NCBI GenBank assembly: GCA_934747265.1
Contig: CAKVGI010000001.1
Coordinates: forward strand, 5,499 to 69,498
Length of the DNA: 64,000 bases
From: an uncultured Rickettsiales bacterium
GTDB taxonomy: Bacteria; Pseudomonadota; Alphaproteobacteria; Rickettsiales; UBA1997
Direction of reading: 5' to 3'
The position numbers and the translations under genes are program-made. Under the pieces are notes generated by a model that saw only the letters and a list, made by a program, of their open reading frames with translations, ran no database searches and was not told where the DNA came from. Below, piece by piece: positions 20,246-30,950 of the stretch (its first letter is position 1; each line of letters opens with the position of its first letter).

Positions 20246-20932
20246 ATGTTATTTTTAAAGAAAATAGAAAACTATTTTAAGCATCCGCTCGCTAAAATAA
20301 TCAGATTAGCATTAAATATAAAAAATAAGAAAGGCAAAAATAATCATGTTTATATAATTGATAAGAACGGTAAAAAACATAAAGCTAATTTTTATCAATT
20401 TATATTAGTTGAGTTTAGTGGGGAAAATAATATTATAGAAATTTGTGAAAGTAGTGTCTCAAAATTTAAAAATTCCATATTTTATATAAACGGAAATAAC
20501 AATTATGTAAAATTTGGTGAAAATGCAAGAGGTTTACATAATATAGAAGTAAATATAAGAGGAAATAACTCAAAATTGATAACTGGTTCAGAATTATACT
20601 GTGGTAAGGTTAATTTTTATATTTATGGTGATTCAAGCGTGATTATAGGTGATAAATGCATGTTCTCGTTTGATGTATATATTTGGGCAACCGATGGTCA
20701 TAAAATATATGACAAAGATAAAAATTTAATCAATCAAAATAAAGATGTAAAAATAGGTAATCACGTATGGATTTGTAGAGGAGCAACAATGCTGAAAGGT
20801 AGTGGTATTGGCGATGAATGTGTTTTGGGAAATTCGTCCATGCTAACAAAGGATTATTCTAATTATACACATTGTATTTTGGCTGGTAATACTGCTAAAA
20901 TAGTAAAAGAAGATATTATTTGGGAAGAATAA
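20246..20932 (+). CDS. Hexapeptide-repeat (left-handed beta-helix) acetyltransferase
   Basis: IGNHVWICRGATMLKGSGIGDECVLGNSSML hexapeptide repeats. Confidence 0.6.
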   Translation: MLFLKKIENYFKHPLAKIIRLALNIKNKKGKNNHVYIIDKNGKKHKANFYQFILVEFSGENNIIEICESSVSKFKNSIFYINGNNNYVKFGENARGLHNIEVNIRGNNSKLITGSELYCGKVNFYIYGDSSVIIGDKCMFSFDVYIWATDGHKIYDKDKNLINQNKDVKIGNHVWICRGATMLKGSGIGDECVLGNSSMLTKDYSNYTHCILAGNTAKIVKEDIIWEE

Positions 20933-20967
20933 ATGAGGTATTTCTAATTTCTGATTAGACTATTTCT

Positions 20968-21500
20968 CACCCCCCCTTTTTTTTGTAACGTAAGAGATGA
21001 TGTATTCAATACCTTCTTTTTACTCTCCCACCTTATCTACATTCATAGGGGTGGAGCTGACACAGAAACACCCCTTGCCCCCCTTATCAGGGGGGGATGA
21101 GCGGTAGCCCCCTTTGTAGGAGGGTTAGTCTCAGAACACCTTCCCTCCGCCCCCCTTTGTAAGGGGGGAGCTGATGTAGTCAGCAGGGGGGTTGATAGCT
21201 ATTTATTTGTTTTATTATAAAAAAAATAAATAATTAAAAATTGAAAATTAAAATAAAATATAAAGTCGAGGATTTGAATTTAAGATTTAAAATTAAGAAT
21301 TAAGAATTAAGAATAATACTATATATTAAACAGTAATTATTATTATATAAAGTATATAATTAATAATTTTATAAGAATTATAAAATAATAAAATAATATA
21401 TTAATATAAAAAACAAAGTATAAAACAATTAAAGTATTTTAACCCCCCTTACCCAACTTATCAGGGGGAGATTGAGGTAGTACCTCTTATTATGGAATAG
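20968..21500 (+). repeat. Type-1 mosaic intergenic element, copy B
   Basis: Left array 20968-21197, core 21198-21440, short right array 21441-21500. Confidence 0.85.
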
Positions 21501-21622
21501 ATATTTTTTGCATTGATAAGACCGGATATTAAAATTAGAGCAATACCTAGAAGTATTAAAACAAAATCCTTGATTTATTTTTTTATTCTTTTATTATTAT
21601 TAAATAATTTGTAATATATTGT

Positions 21623-22369
21623 GTGGTAAAAATGGTATTATTTTCTGCGGATTTAAGTATAATTCAAGATTCTATAATAAAGGTTGGTGATAAGATTAGT
21701 AGAGATTTTGTTGAGTTAGAGAATTTACAAAATTCATATAAAGGGAGTACTAAATTTGCGGAATTAATAATAGAATTTATCAAAAGAAGACTATTTGAAC
21801 ATCTAAAAACCAAAAAACCTAATTACGATGTGGTATTTTATGATGATAAAAATGAGGACAAATTTCAGGCTGATTATAGATATCTTATAAATCCTATGTG
21901 TGGGGTTGTTAATTTGGTTCATGCTATTCCTTATTTTTGTGTCTCAATAGCATTACAAAAGAAGAATAGAGAGGGTATTTATCAAACTTTATGCGGTGTA
22001 ATTGATAGTCCAATAACACAAGAAACATTTGTTGTAGAACAAGGAAAAGGAGCTTACGTAAATTCAAGGAGAATTAGGGTTTCTTCTCGTTCTAGTATTG
22101 ATGATGCGTTAACTGTTATAAAAAATACGCAAAATAGAGATTTTATTATTAGATGTTTACAAAAATATAAGTTATTAAATATAACTAATTGTGATATATT
22201 AAATATATGTAATGTTGCTAGCGGAAAATTTGATATTACCGTTTTAGAAAAAAACAATATTTTTTTAGAATTACCAATTCTTTTATTAAAAGAAGCTGGT
22301 GGACTTGTAAAAACTGGTGAAAATCAAGAAGTAATATTATGTAATGATTTATTGGAATCACAAATATAG
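21623..22369 (+). CDS. Inositol monophosphatase/SuhB family protein with degenerate catalytic motifs
   Basis: Overall IMPase layout, ending in EAGG. The DPIDGT motif reads NPMCGV and the WDxAAG motif is absent. Confidence 0.55.
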   Translation: MVKMVLFSADLSIIQDSIIKVGDKISRDFVELENLQNSYKGSTKFAELIIEFIKRRLFEHLKTKKPNYDVVFYDDKNEDKFQADYRYLINPMCGVVNLVHAIPYFCVSIALQKKNREGIYQTLCGVIDSPITQETFVVEQGKGAYVNSRRIRVSSRSSIDDALTVIKNTQNRDFIIRCLQKYKLLNITNCDILNICNVASGKFDITVLEKNNIFLELPILLLKEAGGLVKTGENQEVILCNDLLESQI

Positions 22370-22374
22370 ACTAA

Positions 22375-23808
22375 TTGGGAGAAATAAAAAAGATGCAAAA
22401 AAAGACAAAAGTACATTTTATTGGAATTAATGGAAGTGGAATTTCTGGTGTTGCTTGTATAGCAAAACAAAATGGTTTTGACGTTGATGGTTGTGATTTA
22501 AAGTGTGATATAAATAATTATACACAACAATTATTGGATAACAATATTAAAATATTATCACCACACAATCCAGAACATATAAAAGATGTTGATATAGTTG
22601 TCTTATCTCCTGCGTTATTATATAAAGATAGATATAAACAAATAGAAGAAACAAGAATAGCTATGGAAACAAAAACCACAATAAAGTGGCAAAAGTTTTT
22701 GGGCAACTATATAATGAAAGATAAAAATGTTATAGCTGTTGCTGGTACTCACGGTAAAACCACAACTACAACATTAATATCACTCATTTTAGAAAAAGCT
22801 AATTTTGATCCAACTGTATTCGTTGGTGGAGTTGTAAAAGAATGGGGGACTACTTATAGAGTTGGAAAATCTGATTATTATGTTTGTGAAGGAGATGAAT
22901 ATGATGGTAATTTTTTAGATTATCATCCAAAATTTGTTATTCTAAACAATCTAGAAATGGAACATCCTGAAAGATTTAAAGATTTTGAAGATTATAAAAA
23001 TATTTTTAAACAATTCCTGTTGACAGTACAAAATAATGGTAAAATTGTCTTTAATTATGATGATATTAATTTAAGAAATTTAATTTTATCAATGCTTGAT
23101 AATTTGGATGAAAAAGAAATAAAGATTATAGGTTATACATTTAACGGTGAAATATCAAATAATTCGGAAATTAAAATAATAAATGTTAAAAGAGGAAAAG
23201 GTAAGATCATTTTAAATGACAATATAATACAACATAATTTATTGGGTGAACATAATGCTAGAAATATAGCTATTGCGACTGTTTTAGCTCTTGAATTAGG
23301 CGTAAATATCAAAATAATACAAGATTTATTAAAAAATTTTTGTGGTAGTAAAAGAAGAATAGATTTAGTATTTAATAATGATAAAATAAAATTGTATGAC
23401 GATTATGCTCATCATCATACACAAATTAAATGTACAATACAAGCTATAAAAGATAATATTGTAGATTCTAATAATGAAAAAATAATAGCAATATTGGAAC
23501 CACATCTTATTTCTAGAATAAAAAATAATACAAAAGAGTTTGTTGATGCTTTATTACTAGCAGATTATCCTATTGTAACTAAAATTTTTAAATCAAGAGA
23601 AAGCTTTATGGCTGATATTGATGTTAAAAGTCTATTAAATAATGATAGAATTGATTATATAGAAAATTATAATGATATACTTAATAAAATTAAAGAAATT
23701 ATTGCAAATAATAAAGATCAAAAATTTGATATAGTTGTTATGGGTGCTGGAAATTCGTATAAAATTACTGAACAGTTGAAGAATTATTTTACTAGTAGTA
23801 GGCTATAA
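22375..23808 (+). CDS. murC: UDP-N-acetylmuramate--L-alanine ligase
   Basis: VHFIGINGSGISGVA, the AGTHGKTTTT P-loop, and the Mur ligase middle and C-terminal domains. An ATG at 22393 is an alternative start. Confidence 0.9.
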   Translation: MGEIKKMQKKTKVHFIGINGSGISGVACIAKQNGFDVDGCDLKCDINNYTQQLLDNNIKILSPHNPEHIKDVDIVVLSPALLYKDRYKQIEETRIAMETKTTIKWQKFLGNYIMKDKNVIAVAGTHGKTTTTTLISLILEKANFDPTVFVGGVVKEWGTTYRVGKSDYYVCEGDEYDGNFLDYHPKFVILNNLEMEHPERFKDFEDYKNIFKQFLLTVQNNGKIVFNYDDINLRNLILSMLDNLDEKEIKIIGYTFNGEISNNSEIKIINVKRGKGKIILNDNIIQHNLLGEHNARNIAIATVLALELGVNIKIIQDLLKNFCGSKRRIDLVFNNDKIKLYDDYAHHHTQIKCTIQAIKDNIVDSNNEKIIAILEPHLISRIKNNTKEFVDALLLADYPIVTKIFKSRESFMADIDVKSLLNNDRIDYIENYNDILNKIKEIIANNKDQKFDIVVMGAGNSYKITEQLKNYFTSSRL

Positions 23809-23905
23809 TGTCTTTTATTCAAAATTTTTATTAATTTGATATATAGCTTAGTATATTAATAAAAAAATATTTTTCTTGAAATAATATTATAAACGGTTTA
23901 TTCTT

Positions 23906-25333
23906 TTGTCAGAATTAACAAATAACTTCAGTATGGACGCAAAAACTCATAAATTCACTCAATCAATTTTAAAAATGTATGACATTAGAGGTGTTTACAA
24001 TAAAGATTTTAATAATACCGATGCTTACTTTATGGGTAAGGCCTATGGTACATTTTTAAGAAATTTAAATAAAAAAACCTGTGTTGTAGGAAGAGATGGC
24101 AGAGTCAGTTCCGAAGAAATACAAAAATATTTTATGGACGGACTAATTACTACTGGTATTAATGCAATAGATTTGGGGCTTGTTATGAGTCCTTGTATGT
24201 ATTGGTCTGTTTGGCATTTAAATGCTGATGCTGGTATGATTATTACAGCTTCTCACAATCCACCAGAATATAATGGGTTTAAAATGTTAACAAAAGAAGA
24301 TCCTGTTTGGGGCGATGATATAAAGAAAATAGGAAAAATCGCCGAAAATGGTGATTTTGTAAGTGGCGATGGAAAAATTACAAAAGTTGATGTTAGAAAT
24401 GATTATATAAGATATGTATTATCATTTTTAAAATTAACTCCACAATCAAAAGCTTTAAATATAGTATTTGATACTGGAAATGGTGTTGTTGCTGATGTAA
24501 TACATGATGTTGTTAAAAATATACCAGGTAAACATAAATTCTTATATGATACAGTTAATGGAAGATTTCCTAACCATTTAGCCGATCCATCGCTTGAAAA
24601 AGAAATGCAAGACTTAAAAAATGCTGTTGTTGATGGTGGTTATGATTTAGGTATATCATACGATGGGGATGGTGATAGATTAGGTTTTATTGACAGAGAA
24701 GGTTATATTTACTTTGGTGATGAAATCCTTGATATTCTAATGAGACCATTTTTAAAAGAACATCCGCATGAAAAAGTGCTTTTTGAAATTTCTTCAAGCC
24801 AAGTTTTAGTTGATGATATTGAAAAGTTTGGCGGTATTCCTGTTATGTGGAAACCTGGACACTCAACATTTAAAGCCAAAATGAAAGAAGAGAATATTAA
24901 AATTGCCGGCGAAACTTCATGTCATATCTATTATGGCGAAAATCATAACTTTGATGATAGTTTGGTCGCAACAATGAAAATGATTAACTTTTTAGCAAAC
25001 GGAAATGAAACTTTGGAAGATATTAGAAAAACCTTTCCAAAAACATATTTGACTAAAAAAATCAAAATCAAGACACCAGATGATATTGTAAAATATACAG
25101 TTCCAGATAAAATTGCTGAAAGAATGAAGGCAGAAGGCAGAAAGGTAATTCAAATAGATGGAGCAAGGGTTTACACAAACAAAACTGATTGGTGGTTAAT
25201 TAGAAGTTCTAACACAGAACCTGCAATGACAGCAAGAGCTGAAGCTATGAGCCCAGAGGGTTTAGAATTGTGCAAAAAAGAACTCAAAGAACAGTTAAAT
25301 CTTGAAGGATTTAATATAAATTTTGATATTTAA
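23906..25333 (+). CDS. Phosphomannomutase/phosphoglucomutase (alpha-D-phosphohexomutase)
   Basis: Active-site TASHNPPEYNGFK and metal loop YDGDGDR. Confidence 0.88.
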   Translation: MSELTNNFSMDAKTHKFTQSILKMYDIRGVYNKDFNNTDAYFMGKAYGTFLRNLNKKTCVVGRDGRVSSEEIQKYFMDGLITTGINAIDLGLVMSPCMYWSVWHLNADAGMIITASHNPPEYNGFKMLTKEDPVWGDDIKKIGKIAENGDFVSGDGKITKVDVRNDYIRYVLSFLKLTPQSKALNIVFDTGNGVVADVIHDVVKNIPGKHKFLYDTVNGRFPNHLADPSLEKEMQDLKNAVVDGGYDLGISYDGDGDRLGFIDREGYIYFGDEILDILMRPFLKEHPHEKVLFEISSSQVLVDDIEKFGGIPVMWKPGHSTFKAKMKEENIKIAGETSCHIYYGENHNFDDSLVATMKMINFLANGNETLEDIRKTFPKTYLTKKIKIKTPDDIVKYTVPDKIAERMKAEGRKVIQIDGARVYTNKTDWWLIRSSNTEPAMTARAEAMSPEGLELCKKELKEQLNLEGFNINFDI

Positions 25334-25355
25334 TTTTCATTAGTTAATATTGAAC

Positions 25356-25388
25356 GGTCAGCATAAAAAGTTATTGCTGACCATTTTT
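25356..25388 (+). terminator. Intrinsic terminator
   Basis: GGTCAGC / GCTGACC stem followed by ATTTTT. Confidence 0.6.
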
Positions 25389-25487
25389 AATATTTTTTTT
25401 AATATAATAATTCAACTAAAAATAATCATTGCTTTTTTATTACATACTAATAATATGTAAATTATGTAAAATATTAAAAGGTATTTT

Positions 25488-25982
25488 ATGGCGCAAAGTA
25501 TAAAATTAGCAATTATTAATCCAAAAGGCAAAAATGAGATTATTGAGTTTTTTGATTATAATTGTATCCATTGTAAAAGGGTGGCAAAAGTTATTGATAA
25601 TTTTTTAAAAACTAGAAATGATATTAGAGTTGTACTAAGACCAATTCCTATATTGGGTCAAAGTTCATTATATACTACTCAAATAGGATATGCAATTTTA
25701 TTGCTAGATACAGATAAATATCTTGATTTTTATAATATGGTTATGGATAGTTCTGATGGAATAGGCGAATTAATTTATGATATAACGGATAAAATAAATA
25801 TTAATATAGAAGGATTAAAAACTATACTAAGAAATAATAATGATGATATAAAACAATCAATAGAAGATAATATTGATCTAGCTGATAAATTTGGAATACA
25901 AGGTACTCCATCGTTTATAGTAAATGGTAAGGTAATACAGGGTGAAATTGATGCAGAAACATTAGATAAAATATTTGCATAA
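25488..25982 (+). CDS. DsbA-like thioredoxin-fold protein; no signal peptide is visible
   Basis: FFDYNCIHCKR contains the CxxC motif. C-terminal GIQGTPSFIVNGK. Confidence 0.7.
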   Translation: MAQSIKLAIINPKGKNEIIEFFDYNCIHCKRVAKVIDNFLKTRNDIRVVLRPIPILGQSSLYTTQIGYAILLLDTDKYLDFYNMVMDSSDGIGELIYDITDKININIEGLKTILRNNNDDIKQSIEDNIDLADKFGIQGTPSFIVNGKVIQGEIDAETLDKIFA

Positions 25983-25993
25983 ATTATTACTTA

Positions 25994-26572
25994 TTATTTT
26001 TTTAGTTTACTTAATGTTTCTACTATCTTAAATGAAAGTTTTGAAACTAGTTCACTTTCTTTAATTACTAAGTCTTCATAAGTATTAGCTAAACTAGTTT
26101 TTAAAGAAATATTGTCAACTGTTAGTATATTGCCCATTTTATCTATTATAGAGTAGGAGGCTTCTAAATATACATTATCATTAAATTTTCCATCAAGTCT
26201 ATTCAAATAAATTAAAACTATATAATCAAAATTTTTATTAAATGAGTTAACGGATTTTATTATACTATTATTCATATATGATGACATATTGAGTACAATA
26301 TTTCTTTCAAGTGAGTTTGTTAGAGGTTCTGCCCATCTATTAAAATCGGACATATTTAATTCACCCTCATTATTTTTCATTGTAATAATTTCTTGTCTAT
26401 CTAAATATCCCGCAATATAAATTATATCAATACCAACCATTTTATTTTTTCCATCAAATACAATATCAGATTGAGACACTGGTGTTAAAACATAAAAATT
26501 TGATGGTTGCGTTCTTCCTCCAAAACAAGAGGATAATAAAAGTAAAATGAGAATATAGTAAATTTTTTTCAT
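25994..26572 (-). CDS. ABC-transport auxiliary lipoprotein (PqiC/DUF330-like)
   Basis: Lipobox LLLSSC, and the last gene of an mlaE-mlaF-mce operon. Confidence 0.55.
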   Translation of the reverse strand: MKKIYYILILLLLSSCFGGRTQPSNFYVLTPVSQSDIVFDGKNKMVGIDIIYIAGYLDRQEIITMKNNEGELNMSDFNRWAEPLTNSLERNIVLNMSSYMNNSIIKSVNSFNKNFDYIVLIYLNRLDGKFNDNVYLEASYSIIDKMGNILTVDNISLKTSLANTYEDLVIKESELVSKLSFKIVETLSKLKK

Positions 26573-26575
26573 ATC

Positions 26576-27406
26576 TTACCTACCTTTTCCTTTTAATATT
26601 GATTCAGGATGCCTCTCTAAATAATCAAATAAGTTTTTTAATGAATTTGATGCTTCACTAATATCAATCATTGTTTTGTTAAAATTATTTATGATTATTG
26701 GTAAAGTGTTAATATTGTTTGAAATAATGCCATTGATATTATCCGACAAAACACTAACTTTTTGTGAAGCAATATTTACATTTTCCGTCATTTTGATTAC
26801 TTGTTCAAGAGCTATTGGAAATTGTTTATTAAAATTAATCAAAAATTCATCAAATTTTTTTATAATATCTTGAATTGGTAAATCTTGTATTCCTTGCGAT
26901 AATTCACCTATTGGAGATAATACTGTTGGTATTTCTAATACTCCTTCAAAAAAATATTTATTTCTAAAAACTGGTTGTACTTTTGGCATCATTGCTAACT
27001 CTATCATTAATTGTCCGGTTAAATAACTTTGTGTAATTAATTTTGCTTTTAGACCATTTTTTACCAAATCCTCTAAAAACACCGTGTGATTTTTACTCCA
27101 AAAACTACTTCTTGCCCTGAAATTTTGATTTTCATTTAATTTTATAAAAACAGGAATATTAAATCCTTTTCCATCTTTTTCTGGTATTAAATCTATTTTA
27201 ATAACCTGACCTATCTCAACTCCTCTAAATGATACAGGTGAACCTATTGATAGACCATTTATTGATTCATTAAAAAACATGACAAGTTTATCATCTTTTA
27301 ATCTAAACGCTTTAATACCAGAAAGTGAAATTATTATAGTAAGAAATAAAATAATACTGGTAATAGAAAAGAATCCAATTAATTTTTTATTAGGTTTTTT
27401 AATCAT
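26576..27406 (-). CDS. MCE/MlaD family substrate-binding protein
   Basis: N-terminal transmembrane helix plus an MCE domain (GLSIGSPVSFRGVEIGQV). Confidence 0.7.
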   Translation of the reverse strand: MIKKPNKKLIGFFSITSIILFLTIIISLSGIKAFRLKDDKLVMFFNESINGLSIGSPVSFRGVEIGQVIKIDLIPEKDGKGFNIPVFIKLNENQNFRARSSFWSKNHTVFLEDLVKNGLKAKLITQSYLTGQLMIELAMMPKVQPVFRNKYFFEGVLEIPTVLSPIGELSQGIQDLPIQDIIKKFDEFLINFNKQFPIALEQVIKMTENVNIASQKVSVLSDNINGIISNNINTLPIIINNFNKTMIDISEASNSLKNLFDYLERHPESILKGKGR

Positions 27407-28190
27407 TTCCTTTTTCTCCTCTGGTTAAAAATTTTAATACTTTATTATTTGGTGGATATTTTAATAATTCAGTTGGTTTTCCATATCCTATTATACTTTT
27501 TGTATCCCCATCTAAAAAAATTGAGTTAGTTCCAATATTAAAAATAGAATTTAATTCATGACTAACTATTATAATAGTTGTTCCTAAACTTTGGTTGATT
27601 TCTATTATTAAATCATCCAACAATTTTGAACTAACTGGATCAAGACCTGCGGATGGTTCATCAAAATATACAATTTTGGGATCAAGAGCTAATGCTCGTG
27701 CAAAACCAGCTCTTTTTTTCATTCCACCACTTATTTCTGATGGATAAAAATTCTCAAAACCACCAAGTCCAACTAATGATAATTTTAAAGAAACTAAATT
27801 GTCTATTTCACTTTGCGAATATTCCGTATATTGTTGTAATGGCAAAGCTACATTTTCTGCAAGAGTCATAGAGCTAAATAATGCACCACTTTGATATAAT
27901 ATTCCACATTTTCGCATTATTAAATCTTTTACCTCTTTATCGGAATGCCAAAAATCATAACCGTCAATAAAAACACTACCAGAATCTGGTTCTTTTAGAC
28001 CGGTTAATACACTTAACAATGTACTTTTTCCACAACCACTAGCCCCCATTATTACAAAAATATCATTTTTATTTATTGTAAAATCAATATTATTTGCGAT
28101 TACAAAATCTCCATAAGCAATGGTTAAATTTTTTGCTTCTATCTCTACCATTTTTACTTCATTTTGTTCGTCGTTTATCATAATCCCCAC
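27399..28190 (-). CDS. ABC transporter ATP-binding protein (MlaF-like)
   Basis: Walker A GASGCGKST, signature ISGGMKKR, Walker B VYFDEP. Confidence 0.88.
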   Translation of the reverse strand: MGIMINDEQNEVKMVEIEAKNLTIAYGDFVIANNIDFTINKNDIFVIMGASGCGKSTLLSVLTGLKEPDSGSVFIDGYDFWHSDKEVKDLIMRKCGILYQSGALFSSMTLAENVALPLQQYTEYSQSEIDNLVSLKLSLVGLGGFENFYPSEISGGMKKRAGFARALALDPKIVYFDEPSAGLDPVSSKLLDDLIIEINQSLGTTIIIVSHELNSIFNIGTNSIFLDGDTKSIIGYGKPTELLKYPPNNKVLKFLTRGEKGND

Positions 28191-29293
28191 ACCTCACAGA
28201 AAAAAGTAATAATGCCAGTAGCAATAACAATCCAAACTATTGATGACACAACAGCTTGTGTTGTAGCCTTTCCAACACTATCAGCATCATGTCCACAATT
28301 AATACCATAATAACAACCACATAATGCAATTATCCAACCATAAACATAACCATGAAATACCCCTATTAGAAAGTTTTTCAAATCCAAAGCGTTCATGGAT
28401 AATTTCCAATACTCTCCAAAAGGTATACCAAGCATTAAAGTTCCAACACTAGCACCGCCAAAAATTCCCATAATGTCGGCAAACATACTTAAAAACGGCA
28501 TTATTATTGTCATAGATAATAGTCGTGGTAATGTTAAAAAATCCATAACTGGTATTCCCATTGTTTTTAATGCATTTATTTCTTCGTTTACTTGCATAGT
28601 TCCAATAGTGGCAGCATATGAAGCACCAGTTCGTCCAGCCATAATAATACCAGCCATTGCAGGCCCCATAATTCTAACCATACCTATTGCAACCAAGCTT
28701 GCAACGTAAATTTGCGCACCAAATAATTTTAATTGAACTGTTCCTACAAATGCAAGGATTAATCCAATCATAAAACTAATCAATGAAACTATTGGTAAAG
28801 CTTTATAACCAGCATTTTCAAAGGCAAATAGAAAATCAACTTTCCGCATAATTGCCTGTCCAGTAAAAAAATTTAAAAGAGATTTCAGAGATTGCATAAA
28901 AAAAGTGAAACCTTTTCTAAAACTTGTATATTTTTTTAAAACAAAATCACCAACTTTCTCTAAAAAATCCATTTTTTCGGTATTTTGTGATGTTGTAATT
29001 TTTCTATCAGAAGAGAAAGCTAATTTGATCAATCTTTTTATATTATCTGGTAAATTTGTATCATTAAATTCAATATTTTTATTTATAATTAGTTTTTTTA
29101 TTTCATATATTATAACAATTAAACTTGAATCCCATTTTAACAATTTATTAGTGTTAAAACTAATACTTTTAATATTAGATTTATTTATATCATCAAATAA
29201 TTTAGCTATGGTATTATTATCATTAAAAAGCAAGAAATCTCCGCTGAAAGTGATTTCTAATTCTTTATCTTTAATAATAAAATCTAAACCCAT
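28178..29293 (-). CDS. MlaE-family ABC permease with an N-terminal STAS-like extension
   Basis: C-terminal about 250 aa polytopic MlaE-like region. Its stop overlaps the ATPase gene. Confidence 0.75.
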   Translation of the reverse strand: MGLDFIIKDKELEITFSGDFLLFNDNNTIAKLFDDINKSNIKSISFNTNKLLKWDSSLIVIIYEIKKLIINKNIEFNDTNLPDNIKRLIKLAFSSDRKITTSQNTEKMDFLEKVGDFVLKKYTSFRKGFTFFMQSLKSLLNFFTGQAIMRKVDFLFAFENAGYKALPIVSLISFMIGLILAFVGTVQLKLFGAQIYVASLVAIGMVRIMGPAMAGIIMAGRTGASYAATIGTMQVNEEINALKTMGIPVMDFLTLPRLLSMTIIMPFLSMFADIMGIFGGASVGTLMLGIPFGEYWKLSMNALDLKNFLIGVFHGYVYGWIIALCGCYYGINCGHDADSVGKATTQAVVSSIVWIVIATGIITFFCEVWGL

Positions 29294-29383
29294 AGCTTAT
29301 TCAACTTTTAATATATAGTAAATTTATAAAATATTTAAAATAAGTCAAGAATTTATTATTTATTCATATAATCTTACATAATT

Positions 29384-30802
29384 TTAATAGCTTTTTGCAA
29401 CAATAACCCTATCACTTTCATTAAATGGTATACATCTAAATGATAGAGCATTAGTGTCCATAAACTCTTGCAATTCTTTATCTCCAAAAAACTTGAATGG
29501 AATATTGAAAAATTTAACATTTGACACAGCGAGTTTTTTTAATTCTTCAATAGTTTCAACTCTTATTGTATTTTTTTCTAAATTTTCCTTTGTTTTTTGT
29601 AATAAACAATTTTGTAAATCGTCCAAAATTGATTGGCATTTTTCAATAAATTCTTCAAAAGGAAGAGAATTTTTTTCCATTATTTTGTCTCTTCTAACAA
29701 AGAAAATTGAATTATTTTCCATATCCCTTTCACCAATTTCAAGTCTTAAAGGAGCGCCTTTTCTTACCCAATTCCACTTTTTGTTTTGTGGTGTGTCATA
29801 ACTATCATCAATTAAAACTCGGCAATTTAAACCATTTTTGATTTTATTACAGTATTCTTTTATAGATTCAGCCTTTGTTTCATCGTGTATAACTGGAATA
29901 ATTACAACTTGATATGGAGCAATCATAGGTGGCAATACAAGTCCATCATCATCACTATGACTCATTATTAAACCACCAATACTTCTGGTAGAAAAGCCCC
30001 AAGATGAAGTCCAAGCAAATTGTTCTTCTTGATTTTCGTTTGTAAATTTTATATTGCTTGCGTGTGCGAAATTTTGTCCTAAATTGTGAGAAGTACAAGA
30101 TTGTAATGCTTTTCCGTCTTGCATCATGCTTTCCATGGTGTAAGTTTTATCAGCACCGGCAAATTTTTCGTCTTCTGTTTTTTGTCCACAAATACCATGA
30201 ATTGCTAGATAGTTTTCAAAAATGTCATTATATACATCAAGCATTGTTCTAGCATTTTCATCAGCTTCTTTTTGAGTTGCAAAGGCACAATGTCCTTCTT
30301 GCCAGAAAAATTCGCTGGTTCTTAAAAATAGTCTAGGTCGCATTTCCCATCTAAAAACATTTGCCCATTGATTGATTTTTAAAGGCAAATCCCTATATGA
30401 TTTAACCCATTTTGAAAAACTTTCACCAATAATAGTTTCGGATGTAGGTCTTAAAATGTAAGGTTTTTCAAGTTTTCCGTCTGGCAATAATTCGCCATCT
30501 TTTTCAATAAGTCTGTGGTGTGTAATTACAACGCATTCTTTTGCAAAACCTGATACGTGTTCAGCCTCTCTTTCCATTAATTCAACGGGAATCAACGCTG
30601 GAAAACACGCATTTTGAACTCCATGTTCTTTAATTTTTTTATCCAATGCATTTTTTATATTTTCCCAAATAGCATAACCGTACGGTTTTATAACCATGGC
30701 ACCCCTTGTGCTTGAATTTTCTGCTAAATCAGCTTTAGCAACAACTTCTTGATACCATTCTGGAAAATTTTCTTCTCTTGTTATATTTAATGCGTGTTTC
30801 AT
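29384..30802 (-). CDS. proS: Proline--tRNA ligase, archaeal/eukaryotic-like type
   Basis: ITREENFPEWYQEVVAKADLAE...RGAMVIKPYGYAIWE. 472 aa with no insertion (editing) domain and a C-terminal Y. Confidence 0.92.
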   Translation of the reverse strand: MKHALNITREENFPEWYQEVVAKADLAENSSTRGAMVIKPYGYAIWENIKNALDKKIKEHGVQNACFPALIPVELMEREAEHVSGFAKECVVITHHRLIEKDGELLPDGKLEKPYILRPTSETIIGESFSKWVKSYRDLPLKINQWANVFRWEMRPRLFLRTSEFFWQEGHCAFATQKEADENARTMLDVYNDIFENYLAIHGICGQKTEDEKFAGADKTYTMESMMQDGKALQSCTSHNLGQNFAHASNIKFTNENQEEQFAWTSSWGFSTRSIGGLIMSHSDDDGLVLPPMIAPYQVVIIPVIHDETKAESIKEYCNKIKNGLNCRVLIDDSYDTPQNKKWNWVRKGAPLRLEIGERDMENNSIFFVRRDKIMEKNSLPFEEFIEKCQSILDDLQNCLLQKTKENLEKNTIRVETIEELKKLAVSNVKFFNIPFKFFGDKELQEFMDTNALSFRCIPFNESDRVIVAKSY

Positions 30803-30950
30803 TTTTTTAAAAATATTTTTTTATATAGAAAATGTATTAAATATATTTTATTTATCAAGATTTAATTTTATATCTAAACTATTCATATAAAACTTGAAAA
30901 TAATTTATTAGTATATATCCTTAATGTAGTAATTATGAATAACTTATAGT

